A DNA stretch of 64,000 nt from Bilabrum cf. latius (lineage: Eukaryota): contig OZ237738.1 in the NCBI GenBank assembly GCA_965178125.1, positions 248,001-312,000 of the forward strand. Reading direction: 5' to 3'. Positions within the stretch are counted from its first letter, which is position 1. Every line of letters starts with the position of its first letter. Both the position numbers and the translations under genes were made by a program. Positions 12,501 to 26,543 of the stretch are shown here, piece by piece. A model generated the notes under the pieces. That model saw only the letters and a list, made by a program, of their open reading frames with translations, was not told the origin of the DNA and ran no database searches.

Positions 12501-15500
12501 GCCGCTCCCTACTGAAAATCCAGTCGCCACCCCCGACGCAGTCTCCTCGCCAAGCACGTGAACCAGCGTCTGCAGCTGGCTGGAGACCGCCCTGATCCAC
12601 CGCTGCAGCCCGGCGCTGCTGGCAGACAGGGCGCATTGGAGAGCCGCCTGGTCGGGGACGGGCGCCTCCTCGCTGCCGACCTGCAGCTGCCACGACACGG
12701 CCGCTCGAGGCAGCTGAGAGGCCGCCGCAGAACCGGAGTCACCAAGGTCCTGCACGGTGGCGCCAGCCGGCAAGGCCCGCACCCACTCCTGCGAAGCGGC
12801 AAGCACAATGTGCGCTGGACTCGCGTGCGAGCCGCCGGTGCGGCAGTCGCAGATCGCCCGTGCGCCCGGTTTTCCCTGCAGCTCCAGCGCGAGGCCGACG
12901 GCCCGCAGCATCATCGCTGCCCTGGCCTCGCATGCACCCGCAGCCAGGGACACGGCCTCGTCCAGGCGCTCGCGCGAGACGACCAGCAGCTGCGAGCCCC
13001 CGCTCGCGCCACCCGACGCGTCGGCGGCGCCGTCCGCTCCCACGCCGCCAGCATGGTACACCAGACTCCCGCTCCCCAAACCGGGAGCAGTCTCAACGGC
13101 CTCTGCAGAAGACGGGGGCACGCAGGAGCTCCCCTCCGAGCTGCCTGTCGGAGGCGGGGGCGCCAGAGGGGAGCCGAAGCCCTGCGCAATCGCCTCTGCC
13201 TGTGCGGGACTGACCCTGGCAGCCGACAGGCCGGTGCCCGCGTCCTCCCACCTGAGGCCTAGCTCCCACTGCAGGGAGCCATAGAGCCCTGCACCCGCCG
13301 CCACGTGAATCGGCGAGATGCCGTAGAGGTTTCGCTTGGTCATGGCGGACATCCTCGGCTTGGGCTGATGCAGGCCCGTGCCACCACGCGACGCCTCCTG
13401 AGATTCCTTGGTCTCAGCGGCCGCCCGCAGACCCCCTGTCCCGATGAGAGGCACCTTCCTCATCGCTGCCACACCGAGCTCATCGTGCCCTGGGGCGGTC
13501 GGAGGGATCCCCTCATGGCTGGCAGCTCCCACGCCCGACTGCTTGTCAGAGACAGACCTGGCGCACTGGATGGAGCGCGGAGTCAGCGCAGCGCCGACTG
13601 TTGAGTCAATTGCAGCGACAGCTGCCTCGACCTCTTCGGACGGCAGTGCAATGCCTGCTTTTCTAGCCACACCCCACCTATCGTCAAATACGCCCTCCGG
13701 CCAGGAAGCCTTGGGGCCCCTGGCGTTGGCTTCCGGCGTCGCCTTTGACGCAGGCTCGCCCTGCATGGCCTCCAGCAGCATCTGCAGCAGGCTAGATGGA
13801 CTCCAGGAACCGGCCGAGTCAGCCTGGCTGAAGGCAGTGGCATCAGCGGCACCTCCATCGTGCGACTCCAGCCCAAGCATCGCGACTGAGCCGTAGGACG
13901 GAACTGTCCCCGGCATAGAGAGCTCTCCTAGGTCGACCACATGCTGTAGCTCGTCCGCCCCGTCCATCTTCGATTCTTCTCGGGTGCTGAGGGCCGACTG
14001 AGCGGCAGGGTCGTCCAGCACGTCGGTGCGGAAGGACCGCTGCAGCGTGCCGCGCCTTGCATCTTCCTCGTCCTCATCGCAGATCGCATGCCCAGGCATG
14101 CCCAGAACCACGGTGCTCAGCTGCCTCTACGCGCTGCCTCGAGCCCCTTTGGCAGCCAGTGCCACGCGCAGCCTTCGCTCCCCTGCCCGCGCCTCGGAGC
14201 CCCCGTCCAGCATCATGTCGCTCATGTTCTCCTCCTCCAGCTTGAGGTCATTCGTGGGAGACTGCCAGCCGTAGCCCAGGCATGCAAAGTGTAGAGCGGT
14301 GTTGCCTCGGAAGTCGACGGCAGCCGCAGACACCGCGTCCCGATCGTGCCGCAGCAGAAGGCGCGCAGCCTCCACTGCTCCACTCACGAGACACCGCATC
14401 AGCGGGGTCTAACCACGCACGTCTCCTGTCCCGACGGGCACGTCCATCTGCAGCATGCTAGCAAGAGCAGCGCTCAGCTCGGGCGAGTTAGCCGGCATCC
14501 CGCGAATGCTTGCGGCGCACGCCCTGCTGGACAGGGTGCGGATGGTGGCGCTGCCAGCTGAGCACAGCCAGTGCAGGGCAGTCCGGCCAGTTTTGTCGGC
14601 GCGTGACGGATCGCAGCCCATCTGTACGAGTGCTACGACTGCCCTTTCGACGGAGCGCGGAGACGCGCGCACCTGCAAGGGCACCTCAAACCACTCGTTG
14701 TGGCTCTCCTCCTACCTGATCTAATGCCCCCTGCCATGCTGCTTGTTGCTGTCGCGGCCGTGCATCCGGCCCGTGGCTCGGTTGGCAGCGTCTGTCACTT
14801 CCCTCTGCCGACGAGCCGCGTGCCCTCGAGCCGCAGACCGCCGTGCCATGGCCTGAATCGCCAGCGCCGCCTCTGCCTCTTCGCTGCTTGGGGCCTGTCG
14901 GGACTCGTTTGGCGACTGCACTCCGGCTCGGCGGCTGCATGATGCCGACTGGCTCATGTCAGTGACGCTGCCATGGTAGTGTGAGGCAGCGCTCTCAGCC
15001 ATGCGCTGCTCCGACTCGGATGCAGGGGACAGATACGCCTGGCGACCGGGCAGACCCGACGAGGCAGCCCCCACGCGCTGCTCTGCGGCCAACGCGGCAG
15101 AGGCGGCAGATCGGCTGGACGGGCATGCGATTGCGTACACGAGGACGGTGCGACCCTCCGCGTCTCTAGCATCGAGGTCGGCACCCCCCAAGGCAACGCA
15201 CGCGATGGCAGAGTGCACCGACCCGAGAGACAGGGCGGCCATCGCCGGCGTCCGACCGAGAGCGTCCCGAGCATTCGGCGAGCCGCCACTTGCGAGCAGC
15301 AGCTCCACCAGCCGCGGGCCCAGGCCACTGGACATCGCGTGCACTGCAGCGTGCAGCGGGCTCAGCAGGCCCGCCCCGGCGCTGTGCCTTGCTGCCTTTG
15401 GACACAGCGTAGGCAGATCCTGGGGAGCGAGTGCGGGCAGGCTTCCAGCGAGAATGGACGGCTGCCATGCCAGACCCAGCCTCGGACAGGGGGTCTCTAT

Positions 15501-18500
15501 GCACAGGAGAGCGCCCCAAGACGAGGCAGAGGGCCCTCGATGAGGGTCCCTCACTCCGCGGACCGCAAGACCCGTCGCAGCCCCGTTGGCGGCAAGTTGC
15601 TACACCTCATCGCTTTCCATGCCTTGCAGGGTCTCTTTCGAAACCGGTACTGCCCTTGCCCTGTACTCCTCACTCCTCGCACGACCGCGCGAAACCAGCT
15701 GAACCACGAGCCCGACCGCCTCCCGCCTGAGGGCAGCGACCAGTCTGGGGCGCCAGACCGCCACTGAGACAGAGCCGGCCGCAGCAGGAGCCCCTCTGCT
15801 CGAGGTCCTCGCGGCAGCAGATGTGTCCAGTGCACCAGCATCTGCGAGGCACTCCAGGTGCCATAACGGCGGGGTCTTGCTGTTGCCACTGCCTCTTGCA
15901 GCAATGCTTGCTGATGCAGAAGCGAATGCAAGCGATGGGTCTGACTCCACGACAGCCTCTACCACGTCAGACACCGTGGCTGGCAGCAATGGAGCGGGCT
16001 CACAGGTCCTTACAAGACCAATGGTATGCAACCAAGAGATGCCTGGCACTGCCGCCTCGTCCCTTGGCGGCCACGAGTATCGCCCATCGGCTGCACTGGC
16101 GGCTAGCTGCGGCTGGGGAGACAGGATTCTCCCGCCAGCCTGCATTCGATCCAGTGCCACCTGGCTAGGGCCCACGCTCGCGAGGCAGCGGCTGTCGATC
16201 AACGCAGGATAGGAGCCCTGAGGCGCGCACGGACCGGTGCAGCCGCACCCGGCCAGTGCCAGGACTTGCGCAGAGCTGCAACTCTGCACCCACTCGTCGG
16301 TGCCCTCCTCTGCGGTAGCACCGGAGGCATCTTGATCGGCAGCACCCGAGCGCTTCCCATGCCCAGCAGCCGCAGCTGCCACCGGCGATTCCTTCGATGG
16401 TGAGGCGGCCCAGGCGCCCAGTAGCTCCATGGCAGCCTTCGGCCCATCGGCTGAGAGGACCGCAAAATCTATGTCCGCTGCCTCCGACCCATCAAATGAC
16501 TCGAAGTATTCAGGGGTCCCTGCTTGCTGCGCAGCTCCCGCGAAAGGAAGCGGTGCCTCGGGCCACTCCACGGCGGCAAACAGACTCTGCACGCCACCTG
16601 CAGCCATGATCCAGGCTGCAGACAGGTCTGCAAGCAGACAATTCCTCCCAGAACGCACGGGTGCGGGACCCACCGCGAGTGACCGCAGCCCAGCGACTCC
16701 TAGACGAGCCTCTGGCAGCGGGAAGCGAGCCGCAGGACTGGCCTGCGCAGCTAGCAGCAGGGGGGCAGCGGCAGCGTACAGAGCACCGCCCACAGCTTCA
16801 GCCCTGGAACGGTCGAGCTGTTGAGCAAACTTGCGGGCGAGTCGCCACCTGAGACGGCCTTGCACCGGTACAACGTCCATGGGGGCGTCATCTCCGATTT
16901 TCCGCCGCCTCTCCTGCTCCCCCTCGTCGGCGCGATCAAAAAGCTGGTCCGAGACCTTCTCGTCCGCAGCTCTGAGTGCCTTCGCCCTTGCCCTCTCCCT
17001 GTCGCTTCTGGACTCCCACTCGCTGCACAGCATCCCGTCAGCTCGGCGGCCTCCGCTAGGGCAGTCCGCTCTCAGCGTCTTCCAAGCTACTGGCACTGCA
17101 AATCGGCGAGAGACTGCAAAGGGGCTCGTGCGCAGCTGCAAGAGAGCAAGACGAGTCGCCTCGGGATCCACAGGCAAAGCGTCGGATTCATCCTGCTTGT
17201 CCTTCCCTTTCCCCTTCCCTTTCGCGTCGGCTTTCTTGGATGGCTTCTTCTTAGCGTCCTTCTTGCCCTTACCGCCGCCCTTTTTGCCTTTGCCACCCGA
17301 ATCTTCTGCGGCATCTGATGCAAGAGCGGCGAATCGCGTCGCGCGCCGTAGCTCTGCAAGCACGACCCACTCGCTGCTCGGCGACGACTGGAAAGACGCC
17401 CAGCCCAACTCAGCGGGGAAACATGGACCCAATGCAGCAGAAGAGGTCCCAGATGCAAATGCTTCGCCCGTCTCTTCGGCGGTGGCAACGGCCGCATCCC
17501 CAAAGCAAGCCTCCACGGCTTCAGTTTCATCCACCTCGGCGCCGCCTGCTTGCATCCGATGGGTTACCTCCTCCACGCACCCGACAAAGGCAAGGGTGGC
17601 TGCGTCATGTACCACGCAAGCAGCATGAGCTGCTACACGTGCGCTCGACCCCTCGCGCTGTGACCCGGCTCCACTCGCTGCCTCGGCATCGTCCCCGCCC
17701 TGCGCACCAGAGCCTCCAGCAAGATCTGGGATCGGCGGCATCTGTCCGTCCAAACTATCGATCAGGTGCCAGCCAACGCGCCTGGCACGCGCAAACGAGC
17801 TCGACATGGACCCTTCTGGGAATGCTCCAGGTGAAGAGCGGCCAAGGCTTGCAGCCACTGCGGCATCGTAGCCCCCTACAATTGATGTGCCGAGTGCCTC
17901 AGGGCCGGCCACTTCTTGGTGCCAAGCGCAGGATATGTCAGGCCCCAGCTCAGGTGCTTTAAACCAGGCGTGGCACGCCCCGCTCTCACCACAAACTGCA
18001 GCTACCGTTGCCTCGGCAGCTGACCTCACTCCTGCCCGCAAGACAGCAGTCTGTCGCTCTGACACTGTGGTGTCACCATCTTCAGCCACGGGCAACAGCG
18101 GGCGCGGCCACTACTGCTACCCACCCTCGCCTGAATCACGACTAGTTTCCTCGACGCTACCACTTGTCTTTGCTTCGCTGGGAATGTCCTGCGTCTCGAG
18201 GCCAGCCACCCACTCGGACCTCGAGCCCAGGCCGTGCATGGACACGGCTGCGGCACACCAGTCTGTGCCAGACTCGCGAGCAGCCTCTAGCCCAGCTGCA
18301 ACTTGGTTCTCATAGCCTAGAGCACACGCAGATATCAGCGCATCTTCAGCCCACACGCGCAGCCACATGGGCTCGGCACCTGAGGAAGCCGTGGAATGGG
18401 CCTCGAGAGCCCGCCAGCTCTCAAGCTGCTGCCCCGATGCCGTCTCGATCTCTTCCAGCAGCGCATCTGCCGCCTTTTCGATTCCAGCTGTCAGTTCTTC

Positions 18501-21500
18501 ATGTGTGGGCCTGGCAAGGCTCCTTGCAGCGGCCTCCGCAAGCTTCTCCTTGCCGGCTAGGTCATCCTGGGCTCGCGCAAGAGCGGCTTCATGCGATGCA
18601 ATGCGCTCATCCTTGGCCTTCTGGGCAAGCGCTGCTTCCTCCTCTTCGGAGAGCTCGGATTCGCCCTTACCTTTCTTGCCCTTGCCTTTGCCAGCACCAG
18701 CTCCCTTCTTGCCCTTCCCTTTCTCTTCAGGGTCGGCGGTCGGATCCTGGGCCTCGAGCGCTTCCAGGGCGGCCTTGGCGGCATCACGCTCGTCCACAGC
18801 AGCTGCAGCCACTCGGACTGCTGCCGACCGAATCGCGTGGACGGCAGCATTGGCTCCTGACACCGCACCCATGGCGTTTGCTGCGGGGCAGGCAGGCACC
18901 GGCCGGCGCGCCTTACTCGACCACATGGAGAGGGGATTGCGAGGGCTGTCTGACCCTCGGCTTCTGCATGTCGCGGGCGCTGGCACCGACAAGCGCCCGT
19001 TCGGCACGCCAGAAAGCACCGACTTATTGGTGGCCGCCGCTGCCTACCCAGCAGCCGCAATGGGGCTGGGTGAACCGGGAGATATGGCTGCAGCGAGGTG
19101 CGGCAGCACAGCCACAATATCGGATGCATAGGTCCCAGATACCGCGCCTGCGCTTTCATGCTAGCAGCAGGACAAGCACTCGAGCACCAGCCTCTCTCGC
19201 GCCCCGCGCACCTCCAGGCCAGCTGCAAGCCAACGCAAGAGGGCCTGTCGGAGGGCGGGCCCCAGAGCCTGCGCCGCTGACCTCGCAGCCATCACCTAAG
19301 CTGAGGCAAAGATGGGCAGGCCCTTGTCCCCGATCATGCTCTCGAACGTGCTACCGGCTTTCGTCCACGTACCCGACAGTGCTCTCACGGCAATGGCCAT
19401 GTGACGCGCCGCCGCGACTGCGACACGGTGCGCTGGAGACCACGACGCGTGGGCACCACCAGAGATCCCATAGCCCTCGGCCACAGCCCATGCAGCTCCG
19501 CCTCGTCGGCCACCCGCTAGCCAACGAAGCGAGGCCGAACCGCCTCCAAGCCTAGACGCTGCGCTGCAGGCTGCACGAGCGTCCACTTCGGCCTCGCCCA
19601 ACTCACCCTGTTCTTCCAGTGCGGCCTCTGCCTCAGCATTCAGCTCCTCGTCCCGATCCATGGCCGCCTGACTCGCAGCATCGATGGCCTCCTGTGGCAG
19701 GGCCACAGCACCGCCGGACGCCACATCGCGACCGGACTGTATGCCTATAGTACCATGGTCTAGGCCCACAGCTCTCGCTGCTCCAAACGGAACTTTACCC
19801 GCTGCCGCCGCGGCTGCAGTCGGTGCTGGGCCGCCAATCAGCGCGATCTGGTCTGGCGCTGGTTCTGCGGACCGCCGTCTGCCAGCTCTAGGGGACCGGG
19901 CTCGCCCCAGCCTGGGCGACTGGGCCCGCTTCTTCTTAGCTTTCTGCTGCACGCTGCCGCGCCGACTGGACTGCCTCGACGCTGATGGCTTGCCACCGCG
20001 AGGACTATCGACCACGGGGCCCTCGCTGGCACCCCTTTCCCCGGTGTCCTGGCCATCGCCTACACTCGCTGCGACGCTCTCAGTAGCAGCAGCCGAAGCA
20101 ACCCGCAACGAACCATCCGCCGAGCAGAGACAAGCAAGGCAGTTCACCGCATCCGCGCGTAAATCCACGAGCACGGCAGCATCTGCAGCCATGGGGTCCA
20201 CGGGCAGCACAGCGAGGCACGAAACCGAAGTGCCTGCTGTTCCAGCCAAGTCCGGGATGGCCTCGGTGGTCCTGGCCACAGTGGGGCCACCCTCAGCTCG
20301 TCGGGCGGCCTCGCGCGCCCATGGCCTTCGCAGCACAACCGGCAGGCACTGGCTGCTTGGTGATTCATCAGCAGCAGCTCCGTCGTTCAAACCCGATCGC
20401 ACTACTCCAGGACACGACAGCACAGCGAGCGAGTCTGCAAGACCGCTACCCACCCCCCAGGCAGACAGCTGCAGGGCAGCGTGAACGGCAGAGACACCGG
20501 GCGCCGACAGAAGCAGGGGGATGGTGGCTGCCCCGAGCGCCGCCGCCTCTAGGCCCAAAGCAGAGGTGGTCGCACCTTCGGAACTACCCAGCTCCCTTGC
20601 AATCGCCACGCGCGCACCCGCGGCAACGGCACGAGCACACAGTGCCGCAACGCTCACGCGCCTGCCGCACACCGGAATGCTCGTCGGAAGCGGGCGGTCG
20701 CCCTCGTGACCCCATCCTGCAGCGAGTGCGGCTGCGTTCCGACCAGAGGAGTCCCCGCATGAGGCTGCCGCCAGCCGCAGAGCAACCACTCTAGGCAGGT
20801 GCTGCATCTGCCGAGCCTCTTCTGAGAGTGTAATAGCGTTGTCTGCTGTGTCCAGCCCTTGTGCCCAGGTCTGCAGCGAAAGCACGCCCTTACACACAGC
20901 AAGCCATGCCGCATCTGGCCCGGTGGGGGCTGGCGCGGCCTCAGCCTCGGCCCCTTTGCCCTTGCCCTTACCCTTATCCTTTCCCTTCTTCTTGCCTCCC
21001 TTCTCCTTCCCCTTCCCACCTTTCTTGCCCTTTCCGCCTGCATCCTCTGCTGCCGCCTCTGCCATTTCCTTGGCGGCCCGTGCTGCCGCTGCATCGGCCA
21101 GGTCCAGGCATGACAGCAGGCACTGGTGCCTACAGCCAGGCGCGAGAGGGCCTTCCACGTCGGCCTCTAGCTCCGCCCGATCAGCCGCCCATCTCTGTTT
21201 GCCCCCGTGCACGATCTCCACTGCCCTGTGCCCGCCTTCTTCGAACAACTGTGCAATCCTGATCGCATCTGCAGACGGCTCGTCGTGTGCGTCTGCCTGC
21301 TTCCCCTTTTTGCCCGATTTGCCTTTGGCATCCTTCCCCTTCCCCTTCGCCTTTCCCTTCTTGCTGCCTGCATCCTCTTCCTCTGTCGCGCCTCCCAGCT
21401 GGGCGAGACTCACGACAGCGCGCTCGTCACCTGCACCGGCCGCGACCACAAGCCCCACCACATCCTGCAGATCTTGATCGATCCCGCCGCGGGCAGCTGC

Positions 21501-24500
21501 TGCAATGGCTGCGGCATGCTGCGCTTGAGACTCGGCGTTGACTTGCGAAGCATCCGCTGCATCGGCAAGCGCGGCAGCCACTAACTCAGCCGCACTCGGC
21601 AGGCACGGCGCATCAGATGCGGAGATGCCAGCGTGGCCAACTTCGTCGCCTCGAGCTAGCAATGCAACGAGCAGGGGCAGGGGCACCCAGGGCCCCTCGG
21701 GCTAAGCCCCCCACCTGGGCGATCGCAGTGCGGCACTGGCGGCCCGCCTCCAGGGCTCTCCCATCTCCTCCGCGGTAAGCCCTGGAGTGGTACCCGAGCC
21801 TTCTGGTGGGCCACTGGGTGCATCGTCGCTATTATCGACCTCCTTGCCTCCTTTCTTGGCAGACTTTTTCTTCGTGTCCTTGCCCCCCTTCTTTCCCTTC
21901 TCCTATCCCTTGGCCTTGCCCTTGTCACTTTTTCCCGAGTCGTCGCGCTCGCTCCCACCATGGGAAGCTTCAAGGCCATCCGCACCGGCTGCCACCCGGC
22001 TTGACGCATCCGCAACAAGCTGCGGGTCCCGAATCGCTTTGAGATCTACCCCAAATACTCTTGCGTCGGTGCATGCGCGAATGGCGGGATGCGATCGCAC
22101 CGCGTGGAACAGCGACAAAGCAGCTGGCGGGGCTAGCCCGTTGTTCTCCAAGGCAAGGACTGCAGCTTGCTGAGCCGCGGCTGCCTGTCCACGGTCTGCC
22201 CCCTCTGCCGACACGCCGCTGCCTTCTTCACCCTGGCCCACAAGGGCGTAGAGTGCGGTCTCTGCCGCCCTTCGCAAGGAGGCTGAGGCCGCGTAATGGC
22301 GCATAGTACCAGGACCAATGGGCTGCAGGGCTACGCCCGTGCTGGGCTCCGCAACACCGGCACCTGACGCGGCTTCCCTGGCACCGCCGTCGGCTACTTC
22401 ACCGCGTGACTGCAAAGCGCTGACTGAGGCCAGAGGGACTCCACTCGCGAGCACAAGCAGAGCCGCAGCGGCACCCTGTCCGCCTGCGAGCGACCGGATG
22501 TCCGTCTCAGGTGCTTGTGCCAGCAGCTGACACAGCAGCCCGCACGCGGCCGATTGCGCGGCCTCCAGCTACTCAGCCGCAGGAAGCCGAAGCACCGCGC
22601 AGCAGGCTGTGGCGGCTGCGTGCGCGGCGTTCCGAATGGCTGCAGACCCCTGGTCCTTGCCCATACCAGCGCGCCCCCCGGCGTCTGCAGCCGCAGCCAA
22701 GAGACGCTTCGTGGGCTCTGCCCCCCAGACGCGGTGCATGCCCTCCAGCAGCAGCTGCAGCGAGCGCGCGGCGGTCTGCAGGGCGGCTCTCCCGGGGCTC
22801 GGACCATCGCCTGGCTGCACGCCACCGGTAGATCTGTCGTTACTGGCCGATTCTGCGCCAAGCGGGACCCCAAGAACAGCGTCACTTCCCATGGACTGCG
22901 CCTGCTCCGCAGCGGCCCCGCCTGCAGCAGGCAGCGCCAGCGAGCCCTCAGGCCCATCGCCACACCTGTCAGACTTGGCACCAATCAGCTGTGCCACGCC
23001 CTCGGCGTGCTCGGGGGCACCCGCTGCAAAATTGGGAGTGCTGGCATCGGCGGCGGCGACTTTTTCCTGATCTATTGTCGACCCCTCCAACTCAGTGGAC
23101 AGCGCTGCCGCCCTCTCCGCACCGATCCGGCGGAGCGCCACGGCGACTCTGGCCACCTCTTGCTCCGCAGTACGAGCTAGAGCCTCTAGGCCTACACCGG
23201 CGGGGCGTAGTGCCGCGCTGCCGTTCGCCTAGCCGCTCACTTGCCTGAGACTGGCCAGCAGTGCGCATCCAGTGGCGCCCTCACTCAGACTCGACACGAG
23301 TGCCGCGGCCGCACCTCGAATGGTGGCGCAGTCCCGCGCGAGCTGGCGGCGGCGGGACCGCCTCATGATCAGAGATGCACGGCGCGCAGATTTCCTCAGC
23401 TGACTCTCGGCCGCTGCTGCCGCATCCTCTGGGTCCACTTCTTCGTCGCTGTCCTCGCCGAGACCACCCTCGCCAGACAGGCCATCTGCTAGGCCGCCGG
23501 CAGAGGCTGCGCCGGTCACTCCCGTTGCTTCCATTGCGCGGGCCTCGGCCCCCGCAGCTGCCTGGCTCTCCGCCTCGTCCTCAGCGTCAACATCTCCTGC
23601 TCCGCCGCAGGCCCCGCCGAGCACGCCAGCGCTCCTCGCGGAGAGCATCTCAACGAGGGCAGGGGACGCGCGCGTGCGGAGCTCGATGCCGCCCTATGCT
23701 GGCAAGGCATCATCGCGGCTTGCGCTGCCCCAGGGAGCCACCAGCCCGCCCTGCACCAGCGCCCCGAGGACAAGCCGGCGGAGCGGGTGCGGGGCAGGAC
23801 ACGATGGCCGGCCCGCTTGGTGCTTTCCACGCACAAGCGGGCTCTCCCATCCGAGCGCGGCCGTCTCTGCCCTGAGGGTGGTCTCGAAGGACAGCCCGGC
23901 GAGCTGCTGCTCCACCGCGAGGCTTGCAGCTGCTCGGGCATCCTCCGCCAGCCGTGCTGCCTCTTCCTCTTCTGTTTCGGGCGCGCCTCCAGGGCCAGCC
24001 CGGGATGGTGACGTTGCTGAGGCGCTGAATCCCAGCCCAGTCTAGCTTGCAGACATCCCAAGTGAAGCACCCGACTCCATCGTGCCGAGCAGCTGCTGCT
24101 GCTGCTGCCGCGCTCCTCCCAAGCCGATGAACTCGGCCTCCTGGGCCATGGCATCCGCCCCCGAGGGGTCCTCCTCGGGCCATCCCATAGTGAGCTCGAG
24201 ACCGGCCGATTTGGCGGCGTCCGCTGGCAGCGGAGCCGTGGGCCTCGCTTCCAGTGCCTCCTGCCCGCCCACATTCCCAAGCCAGGCATCTCCTCTCGCC
24301 TCTTGCGCCACGATCCACTCGCGAGCTGCCAGCTGTGGCCCAACACCTCCGCCAATAGCGGTCGCCCCGAACCCGCCCAGGTCCATGGACCCCCCGCCCC
24401 CTCCGGACGACGGCGCGGCAAATTTGTCCGATCCCAAGCCCGTCCCGTCGGTACGGCCTGCCGCACCATCCGTGCTCTCGAGCTCCCTGTACTCTTCATT

Positions 24501-26303
24501 GCTCTCGCCCTGTCCCTCCCCGCCGCCTTCGCTGCCCGAGTCCTTGACCTCCTCATCCTCCACGGGCTGCAGCCCACGTCGAGCGCGCCTGCGATTGCGA
24601 GCGTCGCGCACGCGCTGTCGGAGCGCCCCAGCAGCAGTCGCGCGAGCAGCCTTGGCTGCTTCTGTCAGCATGGAAGCTGCCCTGGCAGCATGACCGGCGT
24701 CGTGACCGACCCCTCCCACTGCCCTGTCATCCGACGATGCCCACTTCCAAGCCGGTCCAGGCCCGGGCAAAGATCCATCTTCATCAGCTGCCGCGAATCG
24801 CACGCCCCTCTTTGACGCGCCATCTTCTTCTTCTTCTTTCTTGCCCTGCGCCTGACCCGAGGATGACTCTGTGGCACCAGCCAGCACCCGCCGGCCAAAA
24901 GGACCAGCCAGGGCGCCTCTCGCAGCGAGCGCGTCTGGTCGCATGGTGACTGAGAGAGCTGCCCCCACTGCCAGCCGCAGACAGATGGATACCTCTGCCA
25001 CGACAGCCGTGGGGGGTGCGAGAGGCACCGCCGGCGGGTCGCCCTTCCTTCTCTTCTTGCTCCCCGCATCCGCCGCTGCCCCGGCTTCTCCGAGGGGGGG
25101 CCCAGATCCGCCCCCATCGCCGGCGGCAGCCGAAGCCGGCAGCTCTTCGCCCGTATTGCCCTGGCCACCGCTTCCGGGGACATCTGCATGCGACGCATCC
25201 TCAGGGGCCTAGCCTGCGGGGAGGACTGCCCACTCGGGCGGAAAGGCGGGGGGCTCCTTCCCTTTCTTCTTTTTCGGCTGCTTCCTCTTCTCCTCACCTT
25301 GCTCTGATGAGCCGGTCGCCTGGCTGGACGCGTCCTCTGCGGCTTTGTCATGTCCTTTGCCCCCGGCTCCTTCCCCCTGGCTCCCTGCCCCATCGCCCCC
25401 CTGGCCCTTGCTTTTCGACAGCGCGTCGTCTGCTCTGCTCAGCAACGCGTCGCCCGCCGCAGCCAGGGCACGCTCTTTCTCCGCCGCCTGCCCAGCGGCC
25501 CACAGCCTCACGATACGGACCATGGCAGCGAGCGCCCCGTGGCCGAGCAGGACACCCTGAAGCAGCTGGGAGCGCTTCGGGTGCTGCGGTGGCAGCGCCA
25601 CGATCGCTGCCAGCAGTCTTCGCACGCAACGCGCAGCTGCCTCGGCCACGTCGGCGGGCGCGACTTCGTCGCGTACAACGTCTGAGCCTGGCAATGATGC
25701 AGCAGAGCCCCCTTCCGCATCCAACCCGACCGGGCCTTGCTCAGGACTGCTTGCTGAGGCAACTGGGAGTCGACCTTCAGAGAAGCACTGAATGAATGGA
25801 GCGGCGTACTCAAACTTTCCGCCTTCCTCCGCTAGTGAAAGTAGCAGCAGAGCGCGCTCCGTATGAAGAGACGACGGGCTGTAGTCGGCAGCGTCGTCGC
25901 GCATGTGTCTGGATTCACCGTCAATCTCTCCCGAGATACGGTCCTCACAAGCCAAGTAGCCGTCCAAGCAACGTATCAATGCAACAATAGCTCTGAAACC
26001 TACTGAATACTAGGCGGGAGGGCGCTTCTGTACGCTAGATACACGTTTCCAAAGGGATGCTAGTACTGCTGCCAAACCGCCGCCTCTAGTCAGGAAGGCT
26101 ATATCGCTCCCATGCTCGCGAAGACATTCCCACACAATCAAATCATCCTTGGACTTAATTTCCTTTGCCCTGGCTTTCCATGACCGCTTTATCGCCTTGA
26201 GTCGCTCCATTTCAGCCTTGGCAGCTTCCTTTGCCGCTCGCTGAGCTTCTTTCTCCTCTCTTTTTCTCTGAGCGAGCTGCTCCTTCGCAGAAGCTGCGGC
26301 CAT
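9513..26303 (-). CDS. Giant (~5,596 aa) ankyrin-repeat protein with an IQ-like motif and Gly/Lys tracts, apparently intronless
   Basis: Minus-strand ORFs ending at 26010, 25209, 24042, 23694, 23229, 22569, 21903, 19296, 18117, 15600, 14721, 14409, 14127, 11322, 10434, 10116 and 9513 are all in one frame, separated only by TAG (about 21). Ends at TGA 9513-9515. Ankyrin motifs include LSPLHAAV, DALGRTPAMAA, DKTGRTALHWL, FRGNTALHFAC, HTPLHAAC, WTPLHLAAARGH and WGDTPLHTAV. IQ-like motif ALAIQAMARRSAAR. Confidence 0.82.
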
Positions 26304-26543
26304 TACGAATCAAATGCGAAGGGTGTGTAAAATCTACGCCAACACCTCTAAGTTCGAACAAATTTTGAGATACGGCCCAGATCCGTTGAGGACTATTGTT
26401 GCGTGTGGTTCCGCCGGCGCCGTCGCCACCAGACTGATTGATCTTGTGGGACCCGCCCCCCTTCCATGCATGGCACGCGAATACTCCAGAATTGATACTT
26501 TGCAGATTGCAAGGAGAAGAATAAGTTAACTCGATCAGACGAA

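Noticed and set aside
9471-25795. Numerous long + strand and alternate-frame ORFs (e.g. 9471..10496, 11366..12451, 18164..19555)
   Set aside because: Shadow ORFs caused by high GC opposite the real minus-strand gene; they contain no recognisable domains.
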